From an uncultured Gemmatimonadales bacterium (lineage in GTDB: Bacteria; Gemmatimonadota; Gemmatimonadetes; Longimicrobiales; Gaopeijiaceae): a DNA stretch of 64,000 bases. Of this stretch, positions 11,187 to 21,394 are shown one piece after another. The translations under genes and the position numbers were made by a program. The stretch covers positions 340,261-404,260 of the forward strand of contig CAWGKG010000020.1 in the NCBI GenBank assembly GCA_963823035.1, read 5' to 3'. The notes under the pieces are model-generated. The model did no database searches and was not told where the DNA came from. It saw only the letters and a program-made list of their open reading frames with translations. Every line of letters begins with the position of its first letter. Position 1 is the stretch's first letter.

Positions 11187-11200
11187 TTGGGTCGAACCAA
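11187..11200. promoter_or_regulatory. Candidate DtxR/MntR operator (TTGG-N6-CCAA palindrome)
   Basis: ttgggtcgaaccaa upstream of the repressor gene; geometry resembles TTAG-N6-CTAA boxes. Confidence 0.3.
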
Positions 11201-11270
11201 CGTCAGGGCATACCTTTCGAGAGAGCATGTCGACCCCACCGCTCGATGTCCCGACCTGAGTCCCCAGGGA

Positions 11271-11785
11271 ATGAGCTCCGACGACCAGGTACGTCCCTTC
11301 CACGCCAAGGACGAGGCGCGCGGTCAGGAGACCGCGGACGCTGTTGCGGCGGTGTTGAAGCATGCCGCCGAGCGGGACAAGGCGGTCAAGGAAGGGGTGC
11401 CGCGCAAGCCACCTCCCAGGTGGCTCCTCCCCCTCGGCATCCAGCTCTCCGTGATCGCCCTCTACCTGCTCGCCCTGCCCCCGAAGTGGGTGACCGTCAA
11501 CCCGATCCAGGAGCCGGACGTCCGCGGCGCGCGTGGAGAATCTCAGGCGCGCGATGTGGTTCCAGATCCAGCGGGTCGAGAGCTACAAGCTCGAAGCACG
11601 GCCGGCTGCCGGACCAACTGTCCGATGCGGGTAGCCCCATCGAGGGTGTCGAGTACCATCGCCAGGGCATCAACAACTACCAGCTCGTCGCAACCGTTGG
11701 AGAGGAGGCGCTGGTGTACGACTCGACCGAGTCCCCTGCAGAATTCATCGGTTCCGCGGCCGACAAGCTCACGGGGGGATCGTGA
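11271..11785 (+). CDS. Hypothetical single-TM protein with pseudopilin-like globular domain (frameshifted ~11525, ~11595)
   Basis: TM segment WLLPLGIQLSVIALYLLAL, then ..HGRLPDQLSDAG..; stop overlaps the next gene. Confidence 0.5.
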
Positions 11786-12297
11786 GGACGCGTGAAGGCG
11801 CCGCCGCGCGCCGGGACGCCGAGGGGCGCAGGGCGCCCGATCCCCGCCGAGGCGGCTTCACGCTGGTGGAGCTGCTGGTGGTCGTCTCCATCCTCGGCAT
11901 CCTCGCCGGGCTGGCGATCCCGAACATGAAGACCATCCTCCTGCGCGCGCGCGCCACGGAGCTCGCCGGCGACATGGACGTCGTGCGCGTCGCGACGCAG
12001 ACCTACAACGGCTACACGCACACCTGGCCGGCCGAGACGTCGGCGGGAACGGTCCCGCCCGAGCTGACCCCCTACCTCCCCGACGGCTACTCCTTCGTGC
12101 GCGACGGCTACCAGCTCGACTTCGAGAACTGGAGCCTTCCCGCGGGACTTCCGGGCGACCCGAGCACGCACACGCTCATCGGCGTCTCCGTGGTGGTCGT
12201 CGATCCGATGCTCGGCAACGCGCTGGTGGAGCTCCTCGGGAACGCGATCGTCTTTTCGGTGGGGAGCACCCACACGGTGGTCATCGACCGCAGCTGA
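11782..12297 (+). CDS. Prepilin-type N-terminal cleavage/methylation protein
   Basis: RRGGFTLVELLVVVSILGILAGLAIP. Confidence 0.9.
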   Translation: MRTREGAAARRDAEGRRAPDPRRGGFTLVELLVVVSILGILAGLAIPNMKTILLRARATELAGDMDVVRVATQTYNGYTHTWPAETSAGTVPPELTPYLPDGYSFVRDGYQLDFENWSLPAGLPGDPSTHTLIGVSVVVVDPMLGNALVELLGNAIVFSVGSTHTVVIDRS

Positions 12298-12301
12298 CGG
12301 A

Positions 12302-12333
12302 CCGGAGGAGGTGGAAACCCCGACCGCCTCCGG
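12302..12333 (+). terminator. GC-rich hairpin after the pilin gene
   Basis: ccggaggaggt...accgcctccgg inverted repeat; no clear U-tract. Confidence 0.3.
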
Positions 12334-12380
12334 CGTATGATCGAGGGAGAAGCGATTCCTCTCCGCCGTCGGCGGTCTCC

Positions 12381-12797
12381 ATGCGGTACGAACAGTCCAC
12401 CGAAGGCATCCGGGTTCGCGTCGAGCCCATCTACTCCCTGGCCGAATCCGATCCGGCCGAGGACACCTTCGTGTTCACGTACCGGATCGAGCTGGAGAAC
12501 GAGGGCTCGGTCGCGGCGCGCCTGCTCTTCCGTCACTGGCTGATCCACGACTCGGCGGGGGAGGACACCGAGGTCGAGGGGGAAGGCGTGGTCGGCCAAC
12601 AGCCCAGCCTCGACCCGGGTGATGCGCACCGCTACCGGAGCTTCTGCGTGCTGCGCTCCCCCGCCGGGTACATGGAGGGGTACTACACCTTCGAGCGCCC
12701 GGACGGTGAGCGCTTCCAGGTCGTGGTGCCGCGCTTCGCGCTCATGGCGCCCGTGCGGAGCCTCTCGGACGACGACGAGCTGCCCGTCATCCACTGA
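12381..12797 (+). CDS. apaG: ApaG protein
   Basis: FTYRIELEN, RHWLIHD, EVEGEGVVGQQP, GYMEGYY. Confidence 0.93.
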   Translation: MRYEQSTEGIRVRVEPIYSLAESDPAEDTFVFTYRIELENEGSVAARLLFRHWLIHDSAGEDTEVEGEGVVGQQPSLDPGDAHRYRSFCVLRSPAGYMEGYYTFERPDGERFQVVVPRFALMAPVRSLSDDDELPVIH

Positions 12798-13984
12798 CCC
12801 CGGGCCGCCGGCGAACCGCGTAGACCACGCCCACGCCCAGGAGCCAGGCCGCCAGAGCGGCGGCGATCGTGCGGGCACGTGCGCGCAGACGCGACTGCGC
12901 CGCGCCCGACTCCGGGGTCGTGGCCACGACGAAGGCGTCCGGCCGGGTCCGCAGCGCCGCGTACGCCGAAGGCCCACGCTGCGTCATCACCCTCCCGGTC
13001 GTGGTGAAGGAGGCGGGCGGCGCGGGAAGGGCGGCCAGGGCGGGCGCGGGTCCGGCAAGGGTGCTCGACAGGACCTGCCCCCGGTCGACGAGCGCGACGT
13101 CGAAGCCCGTCAGGCTCCCCACGGCCTCCGCCGAGCCGGTCACGTCCCGCACGGTGGCAGCGGCCAGCGCGCGGGTGAGGTCCTCGACGTCGACCTCCCG
13201 CACCCTCGCGTCGAACTCCCGGTCCATCTGGATCATGAACGCTCCGGCCGTCAGCGCGGGAATGAGCGCCAGGAGCACCATCGAGCGCGATCTGCCGGGC
13301 GGAGCGGCGCGGGGCTTTCCCGCGATCTGGACCCACCCCGACAGGGTGGCGAAGAGGAGGAGGAGCGCGATGGTCAGCACCAGGGGAACGGGCACCGGTC
13401 CCGGCACCCGGTCGCGCCGCAGGGCCAGCGCGACGACGGCCGCGTCCGCGATGGAGCCCCCTCCCAGGGCGGCCAGCGCACCGGCCGGCGGCGGGCTCTC
13501 CGACCCCGGAAGAACCTCGGGCCCCGCGGGCTCCTCCGTGCTCGCCCACCGGCGTCCGTTCAGGTAGAGGGAGAGCGCGTAGCCCGTGGCGCGGCCGATC
13601 CGGCTCGGCTCGCCGCCGTCGAGCGGCGCGGCCGCGAAGCGCACGCTCCCGGGCGGGTCTCCGTCCCTCGGGCGGCGTCAGCGCGAACACCTCCGGTACG
13701 CCGCCGCCCGCCCGGATCCCGGTGACGGTGTCGCCGGCGAGGGCACGCGCGACGGCCGTCTGCGTGCTGTCCAGGTCCGTCGTGGCCGCGGCCGCCGCGA
13801 GGACGGAGTCCGTCGCGCGGCCGAGGTCCTGCTCGAAGGCCGTGAGGAGCATGCGTGCGACGCGGGCGTCGGAGGCGTGACGCACCTCCGACCATTCCGA
13901 GCGGGCGACCGCGAGGATGGCCGCCACCGCGAGGGCCGAAGGGAGGACCACCGCGAGGAGGAAGATCAGATAGGGACGCTTCAA
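12787..13984 (-). CDS. Hypothetical multi-pass membrane protein (frameshift ~13660)
   Basis: Hydrophobic segments in ORFs 12683..13984 and 12787..13644; no family recognised. Confidence 0.5.
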
Positions 13985-14112
13985 AGGTCGGTCGGTCGGT
14001 AGGAAGATGAAAGGCGGGATCGGGTCTACGCGTTTTGCCGGGAAAGCTCTATCTTGTTATCCCTGAACTGTTTTCACCCACTTCATCCAAAAAGACCGGA
14101 CAAGGGGGCGAA

Positions 14113-14304
14113 GTGAGCGATGCGGTCGCAGTCGACGCCAAGCGCATCCTGCTGCGCTACGGGGCGCCGATCTCCGTGCTGGACAAGATCACCGAGACGG
14201 ACCGGATCGAGTTCGCCCGGACGATCACGCGCACGGCTCTCCCGGACCGCGAAGCGCGCCTGCGCGAGCTTCTGGCAGAGCACGGCTACTCGAAGAAGAG
14301 CTGA
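14113..14304 (+). CDS. Small hypothetical protein (63 aa)
   Basis: RBS aggggg then GTG; host-like codon usage: VSDAVAVDAKRILLRYGAP... Confidence 0.6.
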   Translation: MSDAVAVDAKRILLRYGAPISVLDKITETDRIEFARTITRTALPDREARLRELLAEHGYSKKS

Positions 14305-14307
14305 TCG

Positions 14308-16102
14308 TCAACTCTCCGCGACCTCGAGCGTGCGCGTGGCGTCCAGCGGTAGCTGAACCGCGACGCGTGTGCGTCCACCCTCCATCGACATCTCCAGGTC
14401 GGCCGGCTCGCCGTCCACCCGTGCGTCGGCCATCCGGCCGGGCAGCGACGGCTCGAGCACGGCCATGACCGGAACCCGTCCGCCCAGGGGCTCCAACCGG
14501 AAGAGGTGAGTGCCGCCTTCGCGGCGGTACTCGAGGCTGATCCGCGCCTCGGCCACGCGCAGGTTTCGCACCACGAACGACCGCACGTGCGCCGGTAGCG
14601 CGGGGGCGACCCGCAGCCGTCCGGCGGGAGCGTCCGGGGCGATCCCGAGGACGCCGTGCACGAGCGTAGCCAGGAGGAGCCCCGTCGCGGGCGCGCCGCC
14701 CGCTCCGTCCGGCCCGGGGTCCCACGAGCCCCGTCCGGCGGGCCCGGCCTCCATCCCGGCGGAGAGGGTTCGCCTCCAGGCGGTCCACGCTTCCTCGCTG
14801 CGACCCTCGACCGCCGCCGTCCACGCGGCCAACGCCTCCGGCGGGCGCCCCTGGGGCCGGCTTCGGCTGGACGGAGCTCCGGCGCCGACCAGGTGGCCCG
14901 GCCACGAGCTTCCGTGCGTCGGGGGCGCACCGGCCATGGGCAGGCGCATGCCACCCCCGGCCAGCGCCGGCGCGCGCGCCGCCTCCGCGCGCAGGGTGTC
15001 GAGGTCGGCCTCCGCCGTGGCGTGCCGCAGGGCGTCCGCGAGCGTCGCGAGCGCGGCCGGCCATCCACGCCACGTCTCGGATCCGGACCGGCGAAGGCGC
15101 TCGAGGCTCTCCGGCCGGAGCGCGGCCAGGCGGTCCAGGGCGGCGTCCTGGTCGCCGGAGGCCAACGCGTGCCGCGCGGCGAGCAGGGCGGCGAGCGCGC
15201 CGGCGTTCTCCACCTCGTCGAGCCGCTCGAGCGCGCGCCGGCCGGCGGCGTGGTCCCCGCACGCCAGCGCGCCCACACCGGACCAGAAGAGGTCGTCGGG
15301 AGCCGCCGGTCCGGCGCGCTGAAGCGCGGCCTGCAAGCGATGGGTGGCCCAGACCACGGCGTCGTCGATCTCCGCGACGCCGCTTCCGCACCACCAGGGT
15401 GTCCGTCTTTCCCGGGTCGGCGGCGGCGGCCGCGCGGATCTCGTGCGCCGCCAGGTGGGGGGCGGCCGCCAGCGCCCGCGCGATCTCCTTCGCCGTACCG
15501 CCCGCGAGCAGGAGCGTCACGCGCGGCGCGCCGGACACCACGGCGCGCACGCGCACCCCTCCGCCCTCCGCCGCGCGCACCGACCACTCCTCCGGCATGG
15601 GGTCGATCGTGACGTCGACACCCTCCTCGCGCCCCTCCGCGACGGCGCGCACGCCGCCGGCGTCGGCGCGGTAGCGCACGTCGTGCACGCCCGGCAGGAG
15701 CGTCACCTCGAGCGTCAGCCCGGACAGCTCGGGCGCGCCGGGTGGCGCCGCCCACTGCGCCGCCACGAGCGGGAGGGCGGGAACGGCGAGGAGGAACTCC
15801 ATCACGGACCCGCGCGCGCCGTGCAGCTCCCGGCGCAGCGTGGCCGGCCCGACGACGACGTTCGCCGCGGGTCCGGCGTCGGTTCGCAGCCCCTCCGCCA
15901 CGCGATCTCCGCCGATCCGGATCGACGAGGCACCTCCGCGCTCGGTGCCGGTCACCGCGACACGCTCGCCCTCCAGGAGGAAGGGCATGGAGCCCGCCGC
16001 GGCCGCGCGTACCACGGGCGCTTCCGTGCCACCCAACGACGCGGGCGCCCCGGGGAGGAGCGCCCGCACCAGCGTCGGGTCCACCCGGACCCCCGGACTC
16101 AC
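14308..16102 (-). CDS. Glycoside hydrolase-like (glycogen-debranching C-terminal type) hypothetical protein, frameshift ~15385
   Basis: C-terminal LVHGVLGIAPDAPAGRLRVAPALP..VRNLRV resembles the end of alpha/alpha-barrel GH proteins; catalytic region not recognised. Confidence 0.45.
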
Positions 16103-18882
16103 GATCCGATCTTCGCCTTGGCGCCCGCGAAGTCGCCCGGCCTTCACGATCGTGATCTTCGACAGGTCGAGCCGGCGCTTCACGGCCGCGTTGACCTCGT
16201 CCAGGGTCAGGGCACGGATCTTCTCCTCGAGGGTGGCGTCGAACGCGGAAGGTGCGGTCGAAGTACAGGTTCGACGAGATCTGTCCCGCGAGCGAGCCGT
16301 CCTGGGCCCGCGCGAGCTGGAAGCTCTCCAGCATCCCCTGCTTCGAGGTGGTCAGCTCCTCCTCGGTGAAGCCGTCCGTCAGCACCTTCTGCATCTCCTC
16401 CTTGAAGGCCGCCTCGAGCTTCTCCGCGTTCTCCGGGGCGTAGATCGCGAACGCGCTGAACGACCCGACCGGGTCGACGGGATGTCCGTCGATGCTCCCC
16501 GCCACGCCGTAGGACAGCCCGTCCTGCACGCGGATGCGCTTGGCGAGCCTCGAGTTGAGCACGCCGCCGCCGATCATGTAGCCGGCCAGCGTCAGCGCGG
16601 CGTAGTCGGGGTCGGCGTCCCTGAGCTCGAGGTTCTGCTGCGCGAAGAAGAAGGCGTTGGCCTTGTCCGGCGTCTCGATCTGGATCTCGTCCGCGGGGAC
16701 GTCGCGGAAGGGCTCCGCGATCCGCGTATAGGCATGCGGGCTCGTCCAGTCGCCGAACGCCTCCTCGATGGCGGCGCGCACCTCGTCCGGGTCGAAGTCC
16801 CCCACCACCACGATGTTGCCCGACTGTGGGCCGTAGAAGTCGTGGTAGAACGCCTGCACCTGGTCGAGCGTCACGCCCTGCAGGTCGGCGATCTCCTCGT
16901 CCACGGTGCCGACGTGGCGGGGGTGTCCCTCCGGCCACGGGCTCATGTGACGCTGGAGGGCGATCTGGGCGAGCGTGCCCGGATCCGAGCGCGCCTCCTC
17001 GTACTGTGCGAGACGCTGCTCCTTCAGCACCTGGAACTCGCTCTCGGGGAAGGACGGCGTGCGCACGATCTCGCCCATGAGGCGGATCACGTCGGCGACG
17101 CTGGCGCGCACGGTCGTCATCTGACCGGTTCCCGTCGTCGCGCTTCCCGCGATGCCGCCCGACGCCTTGAGGCGGTCGAGCTCGTCCTGGATCTCCTGGC
17201 GCGAGTGCCGCTCCGTGCCCCGCATCAGCATGGCGCCCGCGACGGACCCGGCCGCCGCGCGCCCCATGAGGGCCCGCTCGTCGCCGAACTGGAGGCGGAG
17301 GCGGACCACGGCCGCGTCACCGCGCGTCTGCTTCGCCAGAAGCGCCACCTTCATGCCGTTGTCGAGCGTGAAGGTGGTGGTACGCGCGTCGACGTTGGCC
17401 GGGCTCGGATCGAACGCCTCGCCCTCGGCGACCGCCGCCCGCCCTTCGTAGCCGTCGACCATCGCCGACACGTCGGGCGCTTCGGGGATCACGGCCCGGT
17501 CCGGCTGGTCGGTCGGATAGAAGAGCCCGACGGTCCGGTTGTCCGGCTTGAGGTACGTCTGCGCGACGCGGTTCACGTCGTCCGCGGTGACCTTCTGCAG
17601 CCCGTCCCGATACAGGAAGAGCAGGCGCCAGTCACCCATCGCCGCCCACTCGGAGAGCTGGAGCGCGATACCCGCGGAATTGTTGAACGACAACTCGATC
17701 TGCTTGAGGAGGGCGGCCTTCGCGCGTGCGACCTCCTCGCCCGTGATCGGGCTTCTGCCGCACGCCCTCGACGGTCTCGTTCAGGACGCGCCACGCCTGG
17801 TCGAGGTCCCCGTCCTTGCGCACCTCGGCCACCGCGAAGAGCGGCCCCGCCTCCCGGAGCTGGTAGGCGTAGGCGGCGGCGCTCGAGGCGATCTTCGTCT
17901 CCACCAGCGCCTTGTACAGCCTCCCCGAGGGCGTGTCGCCGAGCGTGTAGGCCAGCACGTCCACGGCGGGGAAGTCGGGGTGCGATCCGGGCGGGACGTG
18001 ATACATCGTGCTCACGAGCTGCACGTCGCCCACGCGGCGCAGCGTGACCATGCGCTCACCGTCCTGCGTCGGCTCGTCGGTGTAGGTCGGGTAGATGTGC
18101 GCCGCCCCGTCGCGGTTCGGGCGCGGGACGGTGCCGAACTTCTCCTGGATCACGTCGAGCGCTTGGTCCGCGTCGAAGTTGCCCGCCACCACCAGCATCG
18201 CGTTGTCCGGCTGGTAGTACTTCCTGTAGAAGGCCTGCAGCCGCTCGATGGGCACGTCCTCCACGTCGGAGCGCGCGCCGATGGTGGAGTTCCCGTAGTT
18301 GTGCCAGAGGTACGCGGTCGACAGCACCCGCTCGGTGAGGACGTTCTGCGGGCTGTTCTCCCCGCCCTCCATCTCGTTGCGGACCACGGTCATCTCCGAA
18401 TCGAGGTCCTTCTTCGCGATGAAGGAGTTCACCATCCGGTCGGCCTCGAGGTCGAGCGCCCACGCCACGTTCTCGGCGGAAGCCGGGAAGATCTCGAAGT
18501 AGTTCGTCCGATCGTACCAGGTGGTGCCGTTCGGCTGCGCGCCCTTCTCGGTGAACTCCTGCGTGATGTCGGGATGCGTGGGCGTGCCCTTGAAGACCAT
18601 GTGCTCCAGGAGGTGCGCCATCCCCGTCTCCCCGTAGCCCTCGTTCCGCGAGCCGACGAAGTAGGTGATGTTCACGGTCACCTGGGGCTTGGAGGCGTCG
18701 GGGAAGAGGAGGACGCGGAGCCCGTTGTCGAGCCGGTACTCCGTGATTCCCTCCACGCTCGTGACGGGCTCGAGCTGCGTGACCGTCTGCGCGTCGGCCG
18801 GCGTCGTCTCCATGGGCGCGACCACGGCGACGAGGGCGAGCAGGCCCATCCTCCCGAGGGTAGGTGCGGGTCGGCGGGTCAT
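16099..18882 (-). CDS. M16 family zinc metallopeptidase (pitrilysin/PqqL-like), full-length, several frameshifts
   Basis: Signal peptide; HLLEH inverted zinc motif; NGTTWYDRTNY; second half LDNGMKV...RIRVQDGLSYG. Confidence 0.92.
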
Positions 18883-19004
18883 GGTACCTCCTTGGCGTGC
18901 GTTCCCGCCGGGGCGGGTGGAAGTGTTCTCAGACTACACGCAGCGCGCGCAGTCGGTTCAGGGCGGCGGCGAGCTCGTGGCGGCGAAACGCCGAGAGGTC
19001 TCCG
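18431..19004 (+). repeat. 574-bp direct repeat, copy 1
   Basis: Matches 24072..24645 (offset 5641) by line-by-line comparison; single mismatch 18499 g vs 24140 a. Confidence 0.97.
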
Positions 19005-19049
19005 CGCCTCGTCGCCTTCGTGCCCCCGCCTCGTATGCACAGCCACGGT
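19005..19049 (+). pseudogene. Putative IS91-family (Y2) transposase fragment
   Basis: Translates RLVAFVPPPRMHSHG, similar to the RLAALVPPPRxHxxRYHG motif as I recall it; begins exactly at the repeat junction. Confidence 0.45.
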
Positions 19050-19101
19050 GCCCGCGTCGCGCACGATGGCGGTTTCCGGACGGACGCACCATGGTTGAAA
19101 G

Positions 19102-19605
19102 ATGGACATCTACCGCGCTTGGTGCGGCGTGCACCTCGGAGCAACGCCGGTCGAGGCCTCGCCTCCAGGGAGGAACAGTCACGGCATTTGCACCGACTGC
19201 TCCTCCTCGCTCCTCGGCGAGACCAGGACGCCGGTAGAGGAGTTCCTCCGTGGGCTCGGCGTGCCTGTGCTCCTCGTGGGCGACAACGTGGAGGTGCTCG
19301 ACGCGAACCAAGCCGCTCTCGGCGTGTTGGGAAAGGCCGTCGATGCCGTCACGGGACGCCTGGGCGGAAAGGTGTTCGAGTGTGACAACGCCCACCTCCC
19401 GGGTGGGTGCGGGCGTACGATTCACTGTACGGGGTGCGTGCTTCGCCGCACGGTGACGACCACCTACCAGCAGGGAACGCCACAGGTGCGGGTGCCGGCC
19501 TCCCTGAAGGTGCGCACCGGCGCCGGCCCCGGGAGCGTCGACCTGCTCATCACGACCGCCCGCGTCGGCGGTCGCGTGCTCGTGAAGTTCGAAACCGCGC
19601 CCTGA
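19102..19605 (+). CDS. Cys-rich hypothetical protein (Zn-finger-like + PAS-like)
   Basis: xAWC...SHGICTDC, PVLLVGDNVEVLDANQAA, FEC..GGCGRTIHCTGC. Confidence 0.7.
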   Translation: MDIYRAWCGVHLGATPVEASPPGRNSHGICTDCSSSLLGETRTPVEEFLRGLGVPVLLVGDNVEVLDANQAALGVLGKAVDAVTGRLGGKVFECDNAHLPGGCGRTIHCTGCVLRRTVTTTYQQGTPQVRVPASLKVRTGAGPGSVDLLITTARVGGRVLVKFETAP

Positions 19606-19719
19606 GCTCGCCGGCGGGGGCGCCGGACGCGGGCTGAGCTGGATCGAGCGACGCTCCCCCGAGCATCCGCGCGTCGGGCGACAGCCCACGCTTGCCGCGG
19701 GTTCGGGCCTGGGGTAGCG

Positions 19720-20235
19720 TTGAATCAGGTCCCCCCCTGCATTTCCCTTGGGAGGCGCCGAATCATCGCCGACCGACGTCGTCGGGGCTTCACGCTGGTC
19801 GAAGTGATCCTGGTCTTGGTCGTGATCGGGGTGTTGGCCGGCTTAGCCCTGCCTGCCATGAGCCGGATCCGAACGCGCGCGGCGATCCAGAATGGACGCG
19901 CCGCGGTCGCTTCGGCTCTCGCCACCGCCCGTTCGGCCGCTACGCGCTGGGGACGCTCCACCGTGCTGCGGATCGACGTGGTCGATGACGTGGTTTGGGT
20001 TGTGGTCGACACCAGCTTCGGCGGGAGCGGGGGGGATACGTTGGTATTGGGACGTTTCGATCTCCGTGCCGACATGGGACTCGACCTCGCCTCCGACCGG
20101 GCCGCGCTCTGTTTCGACAGCCGCGGTGTGGGAACGACCGGATCCGCCTGTCCAGCGACGGGCGCCCGCCTGATCCTGAGGCACGGCGGGACCGCCGACA
20201 CCCTCCTCGTGAACGCGGCGGGACGCCTATGGTGA
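19720..20235 (+). CDS. FimT/GspH-like minor pilin (start uncertain)
   Basis: RRRGFTLVEVILVLVVIG; ARSAA; CFDSRG; VNAAGR. Confidence 0.82.
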   Translation: MNQVPPCISLGRRRIIADRRRRGFTLVEVILVLVVIGVLAGLALPAMSRIRTRAAIQNGRAAVASALATARSAATRWGRSTVLRIDVVDDVVWVVVDTSFGGSGGDTLVLGRFDLRADMGLDLASDRAALCFDSRGVGTTGSACPATGARLILRHGGTADTLLVNAAGRLW

Positions 20236-20606
20236 GCCACCACCGCGGCCCCGAGGACCCATCGGCCAGGTCAGGCTTCACGCTCATCGAGATCATCGTG
20301 GCGCTCGTGTTTCTCTCGGTCGTCGCGATCGCTCTGGGCGGCGCGACTCAGCAGGCTACACGCACACTGCGCCGCTCCCGCGCGGAGCTCGGAGCCGCGC
20401 GGTTCCTGGACGCGGAGGTGGAGCGCCTGCGCATCCTCGACTACGACTCCCTGGCGGACGGTGCCCGGACGCGTGGCCGGGGGATCGCCACCTGGACGGT
20501 GACCGACTCGCTGACGTTCCGGCAGGTGCTCGTCGAGACCCGCTACGGGTCCCCTGCCACGGGTCTCCTCGTCGACTCGGTAACCCTCTTCCGGACTCGC
20601 CCGTGA
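20229..20606 (+). CDS. PilV-like minor pilin
   Basis: RSGFTLIEIIVALVFLSV. Confidence 0.8.
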   Translation: MVSHHRGPEDPSARSGFTLIEIIVALVFLSVVAIALGGATQQATRTLRRSRAELGAARFLDAEVERLRILDYDSLADGARTRGRGIATWTVTDSLTFRQVLVETRYGSPATGLLVDSVTLFRTRP

Positions 20607-21394
20607 CCGCGCGGGCGAGGGCCGGCTTCACGCTCGTGGAGCTCCTGCTGGTGGCGGTGCTCGGCAGCCTGGTGATCGGGGCGCTCTATCAGGCGCACGT
20701 GCAGCAGACCCGCTTCTCGGTGTGGGAGAACCAGGTGGTCCGGGACCATGACGCCTTTCGCGTCGCGGAGTCGGTCCTGGCCGGAGACCTGCGCGAGGTC
20801 GTAGCCGCCGCAGGGGATGTAGAGCAACACACACCCGACTCGCTTTCCGTCCGGGCTCCCGTCGGTTTCGGCCTCGTGTGCTCCGTGCGCGCCAACCCCG
20901 CGTCGATCGGTGTGACCCGCTCCCAGGGCCGCATGTGGAGCAACCCGGCGGACAGCCTGCTGGTCTACACGAGTGGCGGGTGGCGAACCCTCGAGCCCAC
21001 CCACGAGCAGACGTCGATCCCGGCGAGCCTGCACTGTCCCTTCGGCACCCCTCTACCGGACCACCTGTACCGGCTGGATCGTGGTGCGGCGGATTCCGTG
21101 TCGGTCGGGGCGCCCGTGCGCGTCTTCCGGCGCCGCACCTATCACGTGGGCACCAACCGCGGCGAGCCCTGGCTGGCGCGTACGGACGCGGATGGCACCC
21201 AGATGCTGGTGGGCCCGATCGCGGCAGGCGGGCTCCGCTTCCGGTTGCTGGACGAAAAGGGGCTCCAGACGGGCGTTCTCGCCGACGTCACCGGCATCGA
21301 GACCCAGCTCGTGCTTCCCCTCACGCCGATCACGGCGGGGTCGACCGCGACGGCAGACACGCTTCTCATCGCGTTCCAGGGGCGGAACCGATGA
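20603..21394 (+). CDS. PilW-like minor pilin
   Basis: RAGFTLVELLLVAVLG; LAGDLRE; ends at FQGRNR, overlapping the next ATG. Confidence 0.8.
   Translation: MTARARAGFTLVELLLVAVLGSLVIGALYQAHVQQTRFSVWENQVVRDHDAFRVAESVLAGDLREVVAAAGDVEQHTPDSLSVRAPVGFGLVCSVRANPASIGVTRSQGRMWSNPADSLLVYTSGGWRTLEPTHEQTSIPASLHCPFGTPLPDHLYRLDRGAADSVSVGAPVRVFRRRTYHVGTNRGEPWLARTDADGTQMLVGPIAAGGLRFRLLDEKGLQTGVLADVTGIETQLVLPLTPITAGSTATADTLLIAFQGRNR

Noticed and set aside
13986..14000. (GGTC)n short tandem repeat
   Set aside because: Under four units, intergenic; no evidence for phase variation
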